This document shows, in pieces, positions 11,943-23,910 of a DNA stretch of 64,000 nt. Under the pieces are notes generated by a model. The model searched no databases and was not told the origin of the DNA. It saw only the letters and a program-made list of their open reading frames with translations. Origin of the DNA: Lama guanicoe (Eukaryota). Made by a program: the position numbers and the translations under genes. How positions within the stretch are numbered: the stretch's first letter is position 1; each line of letters opens with the position of its first letter. The stretch lies in contig MU053652.1 in assembly GCA_013239625.1 (NCBI GenBank), positions 3,957,902 through 4,021,901 of the forward strand, read 5' to 3'.

Positions 11943-13430
11943 CTTTCAAAGACAAGGATGTATACGAGGCAAAAATTAGTTTTTATAACCTTGACGTAAT
12001 TTTCCACATTTCCCACCAAACTGACGGGGAAAGAATTCCTAAAAGGAAAAAACTGCGACGACAACAGAATCTTTTGCCTGGAGTGGGAGGAGAAGTCACA
12101 CACAACCTAATGTCTAGCAGGGCCCCCAGATTAACAGAGGCCCAACCTAACGCAACCAATGTCTGGACCTTGTTTTCATTCTGATTAGGACAAACAAGCT
12201 GTAAAAAAGACTTTTTTGGGGCAATTGAGGATTTGACAATATCAAGGAATTATTCATTCTACTAAGTCTGACAAGGCATTGAGTCATGGAAGAAAATGTT
12301 CACACGTTTCAGAGAGGCACACTACAATCTGCAGGATGAGATGGAAGCAAGCCTGAGATTTGCTTTAAAATACTACACCTTTCTTCTCCTTCCTCCAGCT
12401 CCCAAATGAGGGACGGACAAAGCAAAGGTGGCAAAATGCTTATAATTTCTGAATCTGAGATATGGGGGATTCATTTTACTAGTCCATTTTTGTGCCTGTT
12501 TGGAAATTTTCCTAATAAAAATCAAATGAAAACATATTAGATAATCAGGATCAAATATACGTTTTGGCACTTGTGTGACTCTACCTCATTAAGCAGTCCC
12601 AGGGATGAAGTGGGACAGGAATATACAGCACTTAGCCGGGGGCTGCCATGAAGTTCGCACTCGGTACATGTACATGCTGCTATCACCTTTATCACCAGTA
12701 ATCCTCAGAGCTGTGTTTCAAGGGAGGGAGGTATTATTTCTGTCTTAAAAATGGAAAAGAAGAGACAGCGAAGTCACCGTGCAAACCGGCACCCACCAGG
12801 CTCAGTGCCTGTGCCAGCCCCGCCACCAGGCTGCTGGGTGAACGCCCTCTGGGCAAAGGAATGGATACTACCCTCAGCGGGGAATAAACTATCTCCGAAG
12901 TTTTGCTGGAGCTGCACAAAGCTGAGTGGATTTCTCTATGTCCTATGACCCACCCATACAGAAGACAACAGGTGGAAGTTTGTTATTTAGAAAGTGTCTC
13001 TTCTAGGCAAGGGAAAGGAGGAGTGTAGTAAGCCATGAAGGATGCCTGCAAAGGCTAAATGTTTGCGTGAAATAGATGTCCTGTTCATAGCATCTCACTT
13101 TAAAAATGTCCCAAGCTAAACAAAGAGAAACACAGTCAGTGTATTAAAAACCCAAAAGTATATTTTTGTTAAGTGAAATGGAGGACGTTCCTAGATACCA
13201 AGATGTATCTTGTGACATAGCGGCCCGGCTTCTGAGAGGAAACCCAAATGAAGAGAAACAACATGGAGCCCCATATGATAACTGCACCCGCTGATAAAGC
13301 ATCCCTTAGGTTACAGGATGGACACCACCAAAAGCTCTTAGAGATTTTAAGTCTTGGCTTCCTTTCTGATTTTATACCTTTTTTGCGTGTCAAACACACT
13401 TACCTGGAATAATTGCAAAAAGTGCATGTC

Positions 13431-13624
13431 TTCACATTACTGTATCTAAAATAAATAAACAAGGACCTACTGTATGGCACAGGGAACTATATTCAATTTC
13501 TTGTAGTAATATATAACAGAAAAGAATCTGAAAAGAAAAAAACATATGCATGTATATGTATAACTGAATCACTCTGCTATACACCTGAGATATTGTAAAT
13601 TAACTACATTTCAATAATTTTTTT
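13431..13624 (+). mobile_element. Lineage-specific L1 3' tail with 14-bp TSD in SMKR1 intron
   Basis: aacaaggacctactgtatggcacagggaactatattcaa... tail; aaaaagtgc(a/t)tgtc at 13417-13430 and 13625-13638. Confidence 0.85.
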
Positions 13625-13699
13625 AAAAAGTGCTTGTCAATCTTTAAAATGGTTTGAGAACAAAGATTCTCACAAAAGTTTGAGTTTTTTTATTGAAAG

Positions 13700-14400
13700 T
13701 TCTCATCTTTTGGTAGAAGATTCTAAAATTCATATGGAAATGCAAAGGACTTGGAAAAAGAAGAACAAAGCTGAAGGAATAATGCTACCTTATTTCAAGA
13801 ATTACTAGAAAGCTACAGGATCCAGACAATATGATATTGGTGTTAAGGTAGATAGATGAATAAAGAATCCAGAAATAGATCCACACATACACAAACAACT
13901 GATTCAACTGATCTTCAACAAAAGTGCCAAAGCAATTCAGTGGAGCAAGGATGATCTCTTCAATACATGGTGCTGGAAAAATGAATATCCATTTCAAAAA
14001 AAATGAACTTTGATTCATACTGGCACCGTATGCAAAAATTAAGTCAAAATGGCTCACAGACCTAATTAGAAAAATCCAAACTATAAAACTTATAGATGAA
14101 AATAGAGGAAAAAACCTTTGTGTCCTTGGGTTAGGCAAAGATTTCCTGGGTATGACATCCAAATTGATGTCTATAAAAGAAAAAAATTGATAAATTCACC
14201 ACCAAAATTAAAACGTGTGCTCTTCAAAAGATAATGTTAGGAAAATGAAAAGCAAAGCCACAGATTGGGAGAAAATATTTGCAAATAATCCTTCTTGAAT
14301 GTGGTGATGGCTTAATGGGTGTATATGCCAAACTTAACAAACTATACATTTTAAATATGTGCAATCTATTGTATATCAATTATACACCAATAAATCTGTT
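13700..14400 (+). mobile_element. Old L1 ORF2 / 3' fragments
   Basis: ttctaaaattcatatggaaatgcaaaggac...ttcaacaaaagtgccaaagcaattcagtgg...gggagaaaatatttgcaaat. Confidence 0.8.
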
Positions 14401-15079
14401 AAGAAATTATTATAAGGGAATGACATTTTTCAGTTTCTGAGCTAGTTGGCTTGGCTGAATACAACCCCATGGGTCTTGGCTGTTCTGGTGTCAGAACACA
14501 GAGCTCCCGACTTAAAAGTCTCCAAACTCCTTAAAGAAGACCAATTTGGCTCGAGACACACTGGCCTGCCTTCTAGTTCCCAAACTCGCTAAGCTCCTGC
14601 CTGCTCCCTCCTTTTCCTGCAGATCTTCATAGGGGGCATAATTTGTCTCTTATCTTTGTGCTGGCCTCTGCTCAAATACCTCTTCAGAAAAACCTCCCAG
14701 ACATCACACCTATATTCTATTTATAACTAGGGTGACCATATAACTTACTGTCAAACCAAGACACGTCAACAAACATTAACCAACATCAACTTGGGACTGT
14801 CTTGGGGCAAAGGGGGAGGAGGTACAGATGGTCTCCCAACAACCCTCCCAGCAGTACCTTCCTCTCCTTACCCTAAGCATTCTTCACTATTTAATTGTAT
14901 TTTTTTGTTTATGTGTTTACTGTATGTTTTCCTAACCAGAGGTTTTGTCTATGTCTGGCACATTGTAGGGATGAATAAAATATGCCTAGTGAATAAAATG
15001 CAACTCGGGTGCAATGCAGACAAATGATTTAGAAAGCAAATGTGTATTTCTCCTTTTCTGGATTTTAAGATGCCTCCTT

Positions 15080-16450
15080 CATTCAATGAATACTTAACAA
15101 ACATTTCCTGTGCATGAGGCCCCATATCAGATGGAGAGCAAAGCAGATCTGGGCCTCCGCCCTCAAGAGACTTACAGTCCAGTGACGGGGGAAATCACAA
15201 ACATATTTACTTACCAACTCTGCTGTGAAGGAGAGCCCAGAGTACATGGCATTATGATGACATTGGGTGGGTGGTGGAGTGACTTAGTCTGAGATAAGGA
15301 AGAAGGGTTTCTGAGGAATGGCCTTCGGGCTGAGGGCTGGGGAATTCCCAAGCATAGCAAACAGCCTGTCAAAATAAATGGACCAAAAAAAAAAAAAAAA
15401 AAAGTCAAAGTGGTCAGCTCATAGGCAACAACCACAGAGGCAGTGAAAGGAGCTGAGGCTGGAAAGGTAGGCAGGCTGCAGCTCTGGCCTGGGGCCTTGT
15501 AAGCTAAGATATTTGACCTTTGTCCAAGGAGCAGTGAGAAGCCATCAGCTTAAATGGCTTTACTTATTAAACCATTCTGCTTCAGTTCCCTGGTCTCTAA
15601 AAGAAAATGGCAGTGTTGACCACAGGAAGTAACCGGGGAATGACTTAAATTTAAAATCAAGAGATATTTATTTGGTGTCTTTACACACAACGAACTGGAA
15701 GCAACACAGGTTTACCAAACACATTTCTATACTACAGTCTAATGGGAGGTGAGCTCTCCAAGGCCAAATAGGCAAGGCACCATAAGTGAGGTGCAGAGAG
15801 CTATGGGCACTTAGGGAGCAATGGGGGAGCAGGAGGTAGTTCAGAGATGGTCGGTCTTTAAGTAGATCGATAGTTCAAGATGGGGCAGGTGCAGAAGGCT
15901 TCCAGAAGAACGTGGGTCTAGGTGGAATGGGGTTTTGTTTTTGTTTTTAAAGCAGAGAAGATAATATGGTAGCTAAAGCTCAAGAGGTTGAGGCCCCTTT
16001 ACCAAGGGCTCTGAGCACCAAGCTCAAGCAGAGCAGGGCCTAGTTCAGCAGACAGTACAAGTCCCAGAGGACCTGGGGTGGGGGCTACAAGGTCACAGGC
16101 CTTCAGGGATGATCAGACTAGCAGGGAAGGAGGGCAAAGGAGATGGACAGCCCGTGGACAGCGATAGCCAGCTACTGCCAGAATCCAGGAGGTGGTAGTA
16201 AGGAAGGCCTAACAGCGGCAGTGAAGGTGGGAGGCAGGCCCCAAGAGACTGGATGAGGGCTAGGGAACAGGAATGCTTGCAAGTCTGAGGCCACGAGAAT
16301 GAATGTGCCGTTGGGAAGAGCTGAGATGGTAGTAGTTAAAAGAGCTGGATTTTGAACACAGTTTGAAAAGGCTCTCTAGTGGAGAGACCCAGCGGGAAGT
16401 TGGAAATGGCAGTTTGGCGATTCAGCGAGGTTTCGTTTACATTGGAGCTC
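15080..16450 (-). mobile_element. L2 fragments
   Basis: ttcattcaatgaatacttaacaaacatttcctgtgc (L2 3' end, reverse) and typical degenerate L2 body. Confidence 0.5.
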
Positions 16451-17030
16451 TGTAAGCCAACGACTTGGAGTTTAGGTGTAAATAAGGATGTTGCAAGCTT
16501 TCCCAGGCATAAAATGCAAGAACTCCCCGCACAAAAGTTCTCCACCAAAGCCCTTCCTCAAAATGGGGTTGGAAGGTAGAATCACTCTCTAGAGCGGGCA
16601 CTCCGAGTTGCACCAGGGCTCATTTTGTATTTCCTTAACCCACAGAGAAGAATCCCACATGGGCCCCTGGGCAGCGACAAGAGAAGCTAAGTGCATGGCC
16701 AGTCTCTGTTGGTGTGCACTGGCGCCCAGGGCATTTTCTGGGTGTGAAAGTTGTTCAACAGAACCAAGGGACTTCAACCAACTCGCAAATAAGGGCTTAG
16801 CCTGATTCTGCGGTTGCTGTCCCGTTCGGCGGCACAGCCACCTAGGAAACCCCGCTCCCCTTTCATCTTTACCCCAGGTGTACAGATCACTGGGTTGGAC
16901 ACTACCCACAACGGAAATCTCGTGACGCGGGCAACAAATCTTAGTAAAGCTTGTCTCTAGGAGGCAAACGGTATTAATTAATTTAACAAAAGCATCGTAA
17001 CCTCTTATACTAAAATAAGACGTGTATTAC

Positions 17031-17033
17031 CAT
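17031..17033 (-). CDS. SMKR1: SMKR1 initiator ATG, the last 3 nt of the upstream exon
   Basis: cattgccATG|gtaata next to the CpG island; a phase-0 join to CCA at 11942 gives a 65-aa protein. Confidence 0.75.
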
Positions 17034-17109
17034 GGCAATGCTTTCTCAGTTGAGCAGGTGAGTGTGGCATATGTTCCCAATCCTGAAATAAAGAGAGAGA
17101 CCCCAGTTC

Positions 17110-17790
17110 TCCGCATCGCCTTGGGGCGATGCCCCCGCGCCCATTCCTGCGGCTCACCCGGCTGCCACCTCCGCACTCGCCAGTGAACCGCCGCAGGCCC
17201 GGGGCCTCGCCACGCTTCTCAGGAGCCCGCTCCCGCGGCGCTGCGCGAGGAGGCCGAGGCACTCGGGGGGGCCCGCCGGGGTGAGGGGGGGCCGCCGGCC
17301 ACCGACCTGGGCTGGAGCACCCGCCGCACGGAGGGTGCGGGCTGCACGCCTCGGGGGCTGGGGCACCGGGCTCGCGGGCGCCGCAGGGCCGCGCGCACAA
17401 ATGCCGGGCGGCGCGCGCCGCGGGGGCGGGGCCGCGCAGTGTTTATCTGTTGCCAGGACACCGGGGCCTGGCGCCCGGCCGTTGAGCCGAGTCCCGCCCG
17501 CCCAGCCCGCGCGCCGAGCCCGCGCCCGCCTTCCTGAGGGCCGCCGCGGTCCCCCGCTGGCCGCGCCGCTCTGGCTGGGTCATTTCACATCGCGCGACGG
17601 CGACCACACCTGCGAGCGCCTGGAACCCGGGCTCGGCGGGGGGCGACTGGCTTTGGGCGACGGGGTGGGCGCAGGCGAGCTCCGGGCCAGACCCCGTGGG
17701 GCGAGCGGCGGGCCGCGGGCGGTGGGCCGCGTGTGTGGTACTGACCTTGGAGTGGGCGGGCTCGGCTGTGCGTGCGAGCTCGGCCACTCG
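17110..17790. promoter_or_regulatory. SMKR1: CpG island / SMKR1 promoter and first exon region
   Basis: Very high GC and CpG density; GC box ggggcggggc at 17423-17432; directly upstream of the SMKR1 ATG exon. Confidence 0.85.
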
Positions 17791-18320
17791 CTGGCTGACC
17801 TTGGTGAAGGTAACCAAGACCCCATGACCTTTTTTGGAAAATGAGATAAAGCCTTTGAGTGTTGAAGTGAAAAATAACATGGGGAAAAGTTTGTAAAAGA
17901 GCCTGTAATAATACAAATATTATAATTATAAAATGTTTGTAAAAAGGCCTGAAAAAAGTTCTTATACCTGACGTGGGATTAGGCAAGAAAGGATACAGTA
18001 GCTGCAGTTTCGCCTCCCAACCTTGAGTTCATCCTGACATCATCCTCCCTGCAGAAGAATACAGTTTGGGAGTTAGGACCCTCATTTTTATGACTCATTC
18101 CTTTTTATTCAAGTTATTAGGCATCTGTCATGTGCCTGACACTCAGTTCTAGGGCTTGGGAATTCAGCCATGAATGCAACAAAGTTCTTCCCTTTTTTAG
18201 AGGGGGAGGGTATGAAATGGGGGACATGGCAGACATTAAAAATGTTAGGTGCAACAGGATGTTTTACATTGGGTGTTATTAAATTGATGTGACGGCTGGC
18301 TGCTAATATTGGTGAGTGGG

Positions 18321-18738
18321 ATGGACTTGGAAGGCATTATGCTAAGTGAAATAAGTCAGACAGAGAAAGACAAATACTGTAAGATATCACTTACATGTGG
18401 AATCTAAAAAAAAACAACAAACGAGTAAACATAACAGAAGAAAGACTCACAGATGTAGAGAAGGAGCCAGTTACCAGTGGGAAGAGGGAAGGGGGAGGGG
18501 CAAAATGGAGATGGAGGATTAAGAGGTACAAACTATCAGGTATAAAATAAGCTACAAGGATATATATTGTACAACATGGGGGATGTAGCCAGCATTTTAT
18601 AGTAACTATAAATGCAGTATAACTTAAAAATTGTGAATCACTATCGTATGCCTGTAACATATAATATTGTACATCAACTATACTTCAATTTAAAAATGAT
18701 ATTGAAAAATAAATACATAAATAAAGTTAAAAAATTAA
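18321..18738 (+). mobile_element. L1 3' end with 13-bp TSD
   Basis: atggacttggaaggcattatgctaagtgaaataagtcagacagagaaagacaaatac...; A-rich tail; attggtgagtggg at 18308-18320 and 18739-18751. Confidence 0.9.
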
Positions 18739-19451
18739 ATTGGTGAGTGGGGAAGGTCTCTCTCAGGAGGTTTAACTGAGTTTTGAATGATAAGGAGAAG
18801 TCAGCTATGCCAAGATCAGGGAAAAGGATATTGCAGGCCCAGGACAGGAGGAGACTGGACCCAGAAGCAGGGGTGGGGTCCTGAAAGACTCTGCAACCAA
18901 GGGTAAGGTGTGTTTTTGTTTGCCTTGTTTTGATTGATGAGCTGGATTCCAAAGAGAAGTATTTGTATACCAGGTTCTCATATATATGCTTTCCTTAATC
19001 CTTCATCAAACAAAGCAAACACAAGTTCCAACTGCTTTTAATTTGTCTGGTAGTGTTTTTGAGTCCATATGCCCTTGACATGGCAAATTGTCCTCTCTGC
19101 CTATGCTTGCTTCCTCCTCTGCTGCCCCCCCCCTTAATCTCTGGATGGAGAGGGCTCACGGTCCCTGCTTCCAGTCTTTGAATTACCATAATTCTCTCAG
19201 GTTAACCCCTATCAAGCTGACTCCCAAATCTGTTCCAGCCCTGTTTTTCCTGAGTTCCAGATTGAAGGTCCAGAGCCTTGCTGCCGTGTTTTAAAATTCA
19301 GCTGTCTTAAAAGTAGACCTGTGGTTGGGGTGTGGGTGTGGTGACATGAAGTGTGTTTAGAGGGAGAACATTGACTCTGCAAAGGGTTAAGAGGAAAATT
19401 TGGAAGTGATGGAAATATTCTGCACCCTGATGCGGTGGTAGTAACACCAGT

Positions 19452-20088
19452 GCGGGGCTGGCTACATAATTTACGTGGTTCAGTGCAAAATGAAAATATA
19501 GGGAAGCAGAGGGAAAAGCCACTAAAGGTACTAAATTATGAAACTTTTTCCTTTTTTTTTTCTTGTGAAATCTTTTTTCTATCAACCTATCCTGCTGTTT
19601 TTGTTTGCTATTGAATGTTGTGTTTCCCCAGGGGAACAGGGACACAACCTTTCCCAGGTATCTTCCATTCCCCCAGGCTGCCACCTCACAGGGTGACCTC
19701 CAAGGAAATGCAGCAGCCTCTGTGCTGGGATGTGCTTGGTACCTGGACCCTGATGGGTGAGATGCTCACATGCTACTCTCTGAATGTACTGGGGTGCAGC
19801 CATACCCTGCCCTGAGACATCCGGGTGCCAGCCTGACCTGAGGTGGAGTGGGGGTGGAATGGGTGAGAGGGTTACAGGAAGTGAGGGTGACAGGAGAGAC
19901 TCAGAGCTCAGGCTCCAACTACCTTCCCCCATCAAAGTTCCTTGTCTCAAGCTTTGTTTACAAAACAAATTCAAAGATAAATTAAGAATTTCAAGACTGA
20001 ACTCAGAGCATTAAATCCCAAGCACAGAGCCCTTCTGAGAGTAGCACCCTTTGTGACCACTGGTCTCATGCCCATGAAGCTGGCCCTG
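19452..20088. mobile_element. MER45-type hAT-Tip100 DNA transposon fossil
   Basis: Left end ggggctggctacataattt...cagtgcaaaatgaaaat; right end gcccatgaagctggccctg. Confidence 0.55.
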
Positions 20089-20629
20089 TGCAGGTATAGA
20101 CATTTGTCAGAATTTATTATACACTTCAAATGAGGGCAGTTTATTACAAGTAAATTATACCTGGATAAAATTGGAACCTCAGCCTTACCCTATCTAAAAT
20201 AAAACACTTATCATAGCAAATGTGCATTTCTTTTTGTTTGGCTAAGACATTAGCAGCCCTTTAGGCACTACTGTAAACTCATCACCTTTGATACCTCCCT
20301 CCTTGTATCCAGAACTCTCACATACACCTACCTGAGCTGCCTCCTGACCTTCCTGTGTATGGATGGTGCCACCTGTGCCCAGTCGCCCAGGATCAAACCT
20401 CAGTGTGCCCTCCGTCACTTCTTGTCCAGCCCTATCTCTCTGGGGGACTGCCCATTCCCCCTTTTTTCCCCTGTTCCCCAGACCACCACCTGTGTTAAGT
20501 GTATCCTGGCCCTCCTGTCTCGCGGGCCTCTTGCACTCCAATATTCTTTCTAAAGCATACATTTAATCATGTTTCATCCATTTCCAAGAACTTTCAATGA
20601 CTACTTCCTACAGTTAAGAACTCCTTAGT

Positions 20630-20866
20630 CCAGGGGGTGGAGGGTGGGAAAGGATAGACTGGGATTTCAAAATTGTAGAATAGATAAACAAGATTACACT
20701 GTATAGCACAGGGAAATATACACAAAATGTTATGATAACTCACAGAGAAAAAAATGTGACAATGAGTGTGTATATGTCCATGAATGACTGAAAAATTGTG
20801 CTGAACACTGGAATTGGACACAACATTGTAAAATGATTATAAATCAATAAAAAATGTTAAAAAAAA
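20630..20866 (+). mobile_element. Young 5'-truncated L1 with perfect 14-bp TSD
   Basis: aagaactccttagt at 20616-20629 and 20867-20880; TT/AAGA endonuclease site; aataaa followed by an A tail. Confidence 0.92.
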
Positions 20867-22254
20867 AAGAACTCCTTAGTATGGTACTTATGGCCTTTGA
20901 AAATTTTGCCTCAATCTGCTCTTCTATCTTTATTCTCAGTGGCCCTATATACCTCATTTTTGCCACATTCCTTAGTCTCTGGGATTTGTCTCACTCACAC
21001 CTCCCAGCCTTTGCTAATATGGTCCCCTTTACCTGGAACGCCTTCTCCCCCTCACCTATCAAAAGCTTATTCCACCTTAAAGGCCTGGCACAAATTATAC
21101 CATCTCTGTGAGCTCATTAATCACAACACCTTATGCCAATTAAAGCCAGCCAAAACCTCTGGCATTGCACTTATCTAAACTGTAGTTATATGTTGACTTG
21201 TCTGCTCCACAGCGAGCAGCCTCTGAGACTCATCTCTGTATGCCACAGCAGTAGACACAGATATTCATGGAGTAATTTTTGTGATTTAGTGAGTATTATC
21301 CTCTTCATTCTGCCAAGCTCAGGGAATTCTTCGTTCTCATTGACCTCTGAGCCTAAGTTAATTTGCTCTCCTCCCCTCCTTCCTGTTAAGTCTCCTGACT
21401 TTTTTCTGAGCTGTGCATTATGCTCCTTGCTCATCCTGACCCCAGTCAGCCATCTCGTGCCTGTCTGCCTTCCACTGCACTCAAGTGTTGGCTGATCTCA
21501 AAGTCCAGTCCTCAGCGCTGTGAGGTTCTCCCTCCGATGAGGTCTCCCCCTCATGTGATGTCTCAGCCAATGTCAGTGACTGCCTCTCTCGGGATGACAC
21601 AATCTTTCTTGGGGCCTCCATCTGAGCTCCAGTCCTAAGGCCTCATTATTGCCTGGACTTAGGGCCTCTCACCTCCATGTCGGCCTCTCTTAGTTTCCAC
21701 TGTCAGTGCCACACTGCTTTCCCCGTCTCCTGCTCTGTGTCATCTCTGACTTGTCTCTCTCCGTTTTGAATAAGTCCATCACCAAGGCCTGGGCATCCTT
21801 TGGAAATTCTCTTGTGTCAGTCTCTCCCTTGACACCCTCATCATTTCAGACTAGAGCTTCATCACTGTGTGCTGCAAATAATAGTTAACACTGAAGGAGT
21901 GCTGGCATCAGGCACCCTGCCGAGCATTCTGCACACCTCACAGCATTTCTGTTATATTCCGATTTGCATGTGAGGTCAGAGAAAATATCTTGCCCAAGTT
22001 CACACAAGCAGAGTCAAAGCCAGCTCTGTCTGTCCAGCCTGGCAATGTTAACACTAAAATCTTCAAGAAGGTACCTGGACTTGAGGGCAGAAGATGTGAG
22101 TTCAGGTCTTGGCCTCAATACTTATTAGTTATGTAATTTGGGGCAATTCTCTGAGCTTCACTTTCTTCGCTTGGCTTGCTGTGAAGGTGATAAGGTAGAA
22201 TGCATGGGAAAGTGCTTTGTGAATCAAAGTGTTTCCAGTAAGCCTGACTTTAAA

Positions 22255-22545
22255 AGATATAAAGTTTGGGGATAGGGGCAATAGAATGGGGAGAGATGGA
22301 TAAAAGGGTTCAAATTTTCAGTAATAAGCTGAATAAGGCCTGAGACGCTAACGTAGAACATGGTGACTGTACTTGGTAACACTATAATGTATAGTTGAAG
22401 TATGCTAAGAGAATGAAACATAAGTGTTCTCTCACACACAAGAAGGTAAATATGTGAGGTGATGGATGTGTTAATTAACTCAATTGTGGGAATTCTTTCA
22501 TGATGTATATATGTATCAATTATCACATGGTATACTTTAAATGAA
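22255..22545 (+). mobile_element. L1 (L1MA-like) 3' end
   Basis: aaatatgtgaggtgatggatgtgttaattaactcaattgtgggaat...tatatgtatcaattatcac. Confidence 0.75.
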
Positions 22546-23272
22546 TGGTTTAGGGACATTTGGTGTAACTTCGATGAGGAGGGCTGCTGAAGTGTGGGGC
22601 CAAAAGGCAGACTTATAACAAAGAACGAAGGTTACTGTTAGAATCAAGGGATAATGTCATTGACAAATAAGCATTTTTCTCAAATACCAGTCCACTGAAG
22701 AATCACTTACTATTTAGGATTTAAAATCTGTTTATTCTACAAGAACCAAACAAATCTTCCTGCATAAACTGGAAGATGATGTTCAATTTAGATAACTATT
22801 CAAACTCACATGGGAATAGCACTAGTTAATTTTATCTATTTGTGAATACACAGCCTTATGTTTTTTTTATAAATAGTGACATTAACTGTGCTGTTCTTTA
22901 AAAAAATATAACATTACCAGAATTGAAGCACGCATTCTTAGAGTATCCAGAATTAGAATGTTCTGTTACTATCTTTCTTAGAAGTTACATTTAAAAATTC
23001 CTATTTCCTCCTACTCTTGTGGTCTCTCCCTCCCTCCCCCTCTCCTTCCCTTCCTTCCTTTCTTCTCTTTTTCTTTTTATCTCATTAAGTTCAACAGTAT
23101 GGCATTGCATTCATTTCACCCACTATAGACCTAATATTGAAGAGGAAGTTACAGAAAAAATTAAATGTTCTTTGTAGATAATCTCTGGTCAGCAACTAGG
23201 GTCTCAGCAGTGAGAACCTTGGGGCACAGTAAGACCAGGTGGGGAAGACTCAGGAAAGAAAACCATCTAGAG

Positions 23273-23600
23273 CAGGGGTCAGCAAACTCAGATAGCACAT
23301 ATTTTAGGCTTCCAGGTTTTATGTCTTCTTTTTGCAACTACTCAACTCTGCTGACGTGGAATGAAAGCATTCATAGACAACATGTAAATGAATGAGTGTG
23401 GCTATGTTCCAATAAAACTATCATGGAAACTAAAATTTGAATTTCATAGAATTTCCATGTGTCATAAAGTATTTTTCTTGTATGGATTTCCACCCCCCAC
23501 CCCGACCATTTAAGAATGTAAAAACCATTCTTAGCTCACAGGCTGTATAAAACGTTGGTGAGCCAGATTTGGCCCATGTGCTATGGTTAGCTGATCCCTG
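23273..23600. mobile_element. MER58-type hAT-Charlie element with 8-bp TSD
   Basis: TIRs caggggtcagcaaac ... gttagctgatccctg; TSD atctagag/agctagag. Confidence 0.8.
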
Positions 23601-23679
23601 AGCTAGAGAATTTAAATGCTATTTATTGTTCTTGCTGGGGGATTCTTTAATAGGGAGGGGACTGAAGTGGGAAGAACCA

Positions 23680-23910
23680 GCAATTATTGAACCCTCATGT
23701 TTAGAAAGCATTATTCTAAGCACTATGATATTGACACATTTAATCCTTACAACTCTAGAAGGTAGGTAGTATTCATATCCATTTGCAGATGGAAAATCTG
23801 AGGCACAGAGAGTTGAAATAACTTGTCACTTATCACACAGCTAACAGAGGCAGAGCCTGGATGTAATAACTCACCAACTTGGGTCCGGCTCCCTCAGTCT
23901 GAGCCATTAT
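23680..23910 (-). mobile_element. MIR SINE
   Basis: catttgcagatggaaaatctgaggcacagagagttgaaataacttgtc (MIR core). Confidence 0.75.

Noticed and set aside
11606..12103. ORFs 11606..12103 (-) and 11634..11999 (+)
   Set aside because: Alternative-frame and antisense shadows of the GC-rich SMKR1 coding exon; non-ATG starts and no independent support.
17005..17986. Cluster of 70-187 aa Pro/Arg/Gly/Ala-rich ORFs
   Set aside because: Expected stop-codon scarcity in a CpG island; low-complexity products.
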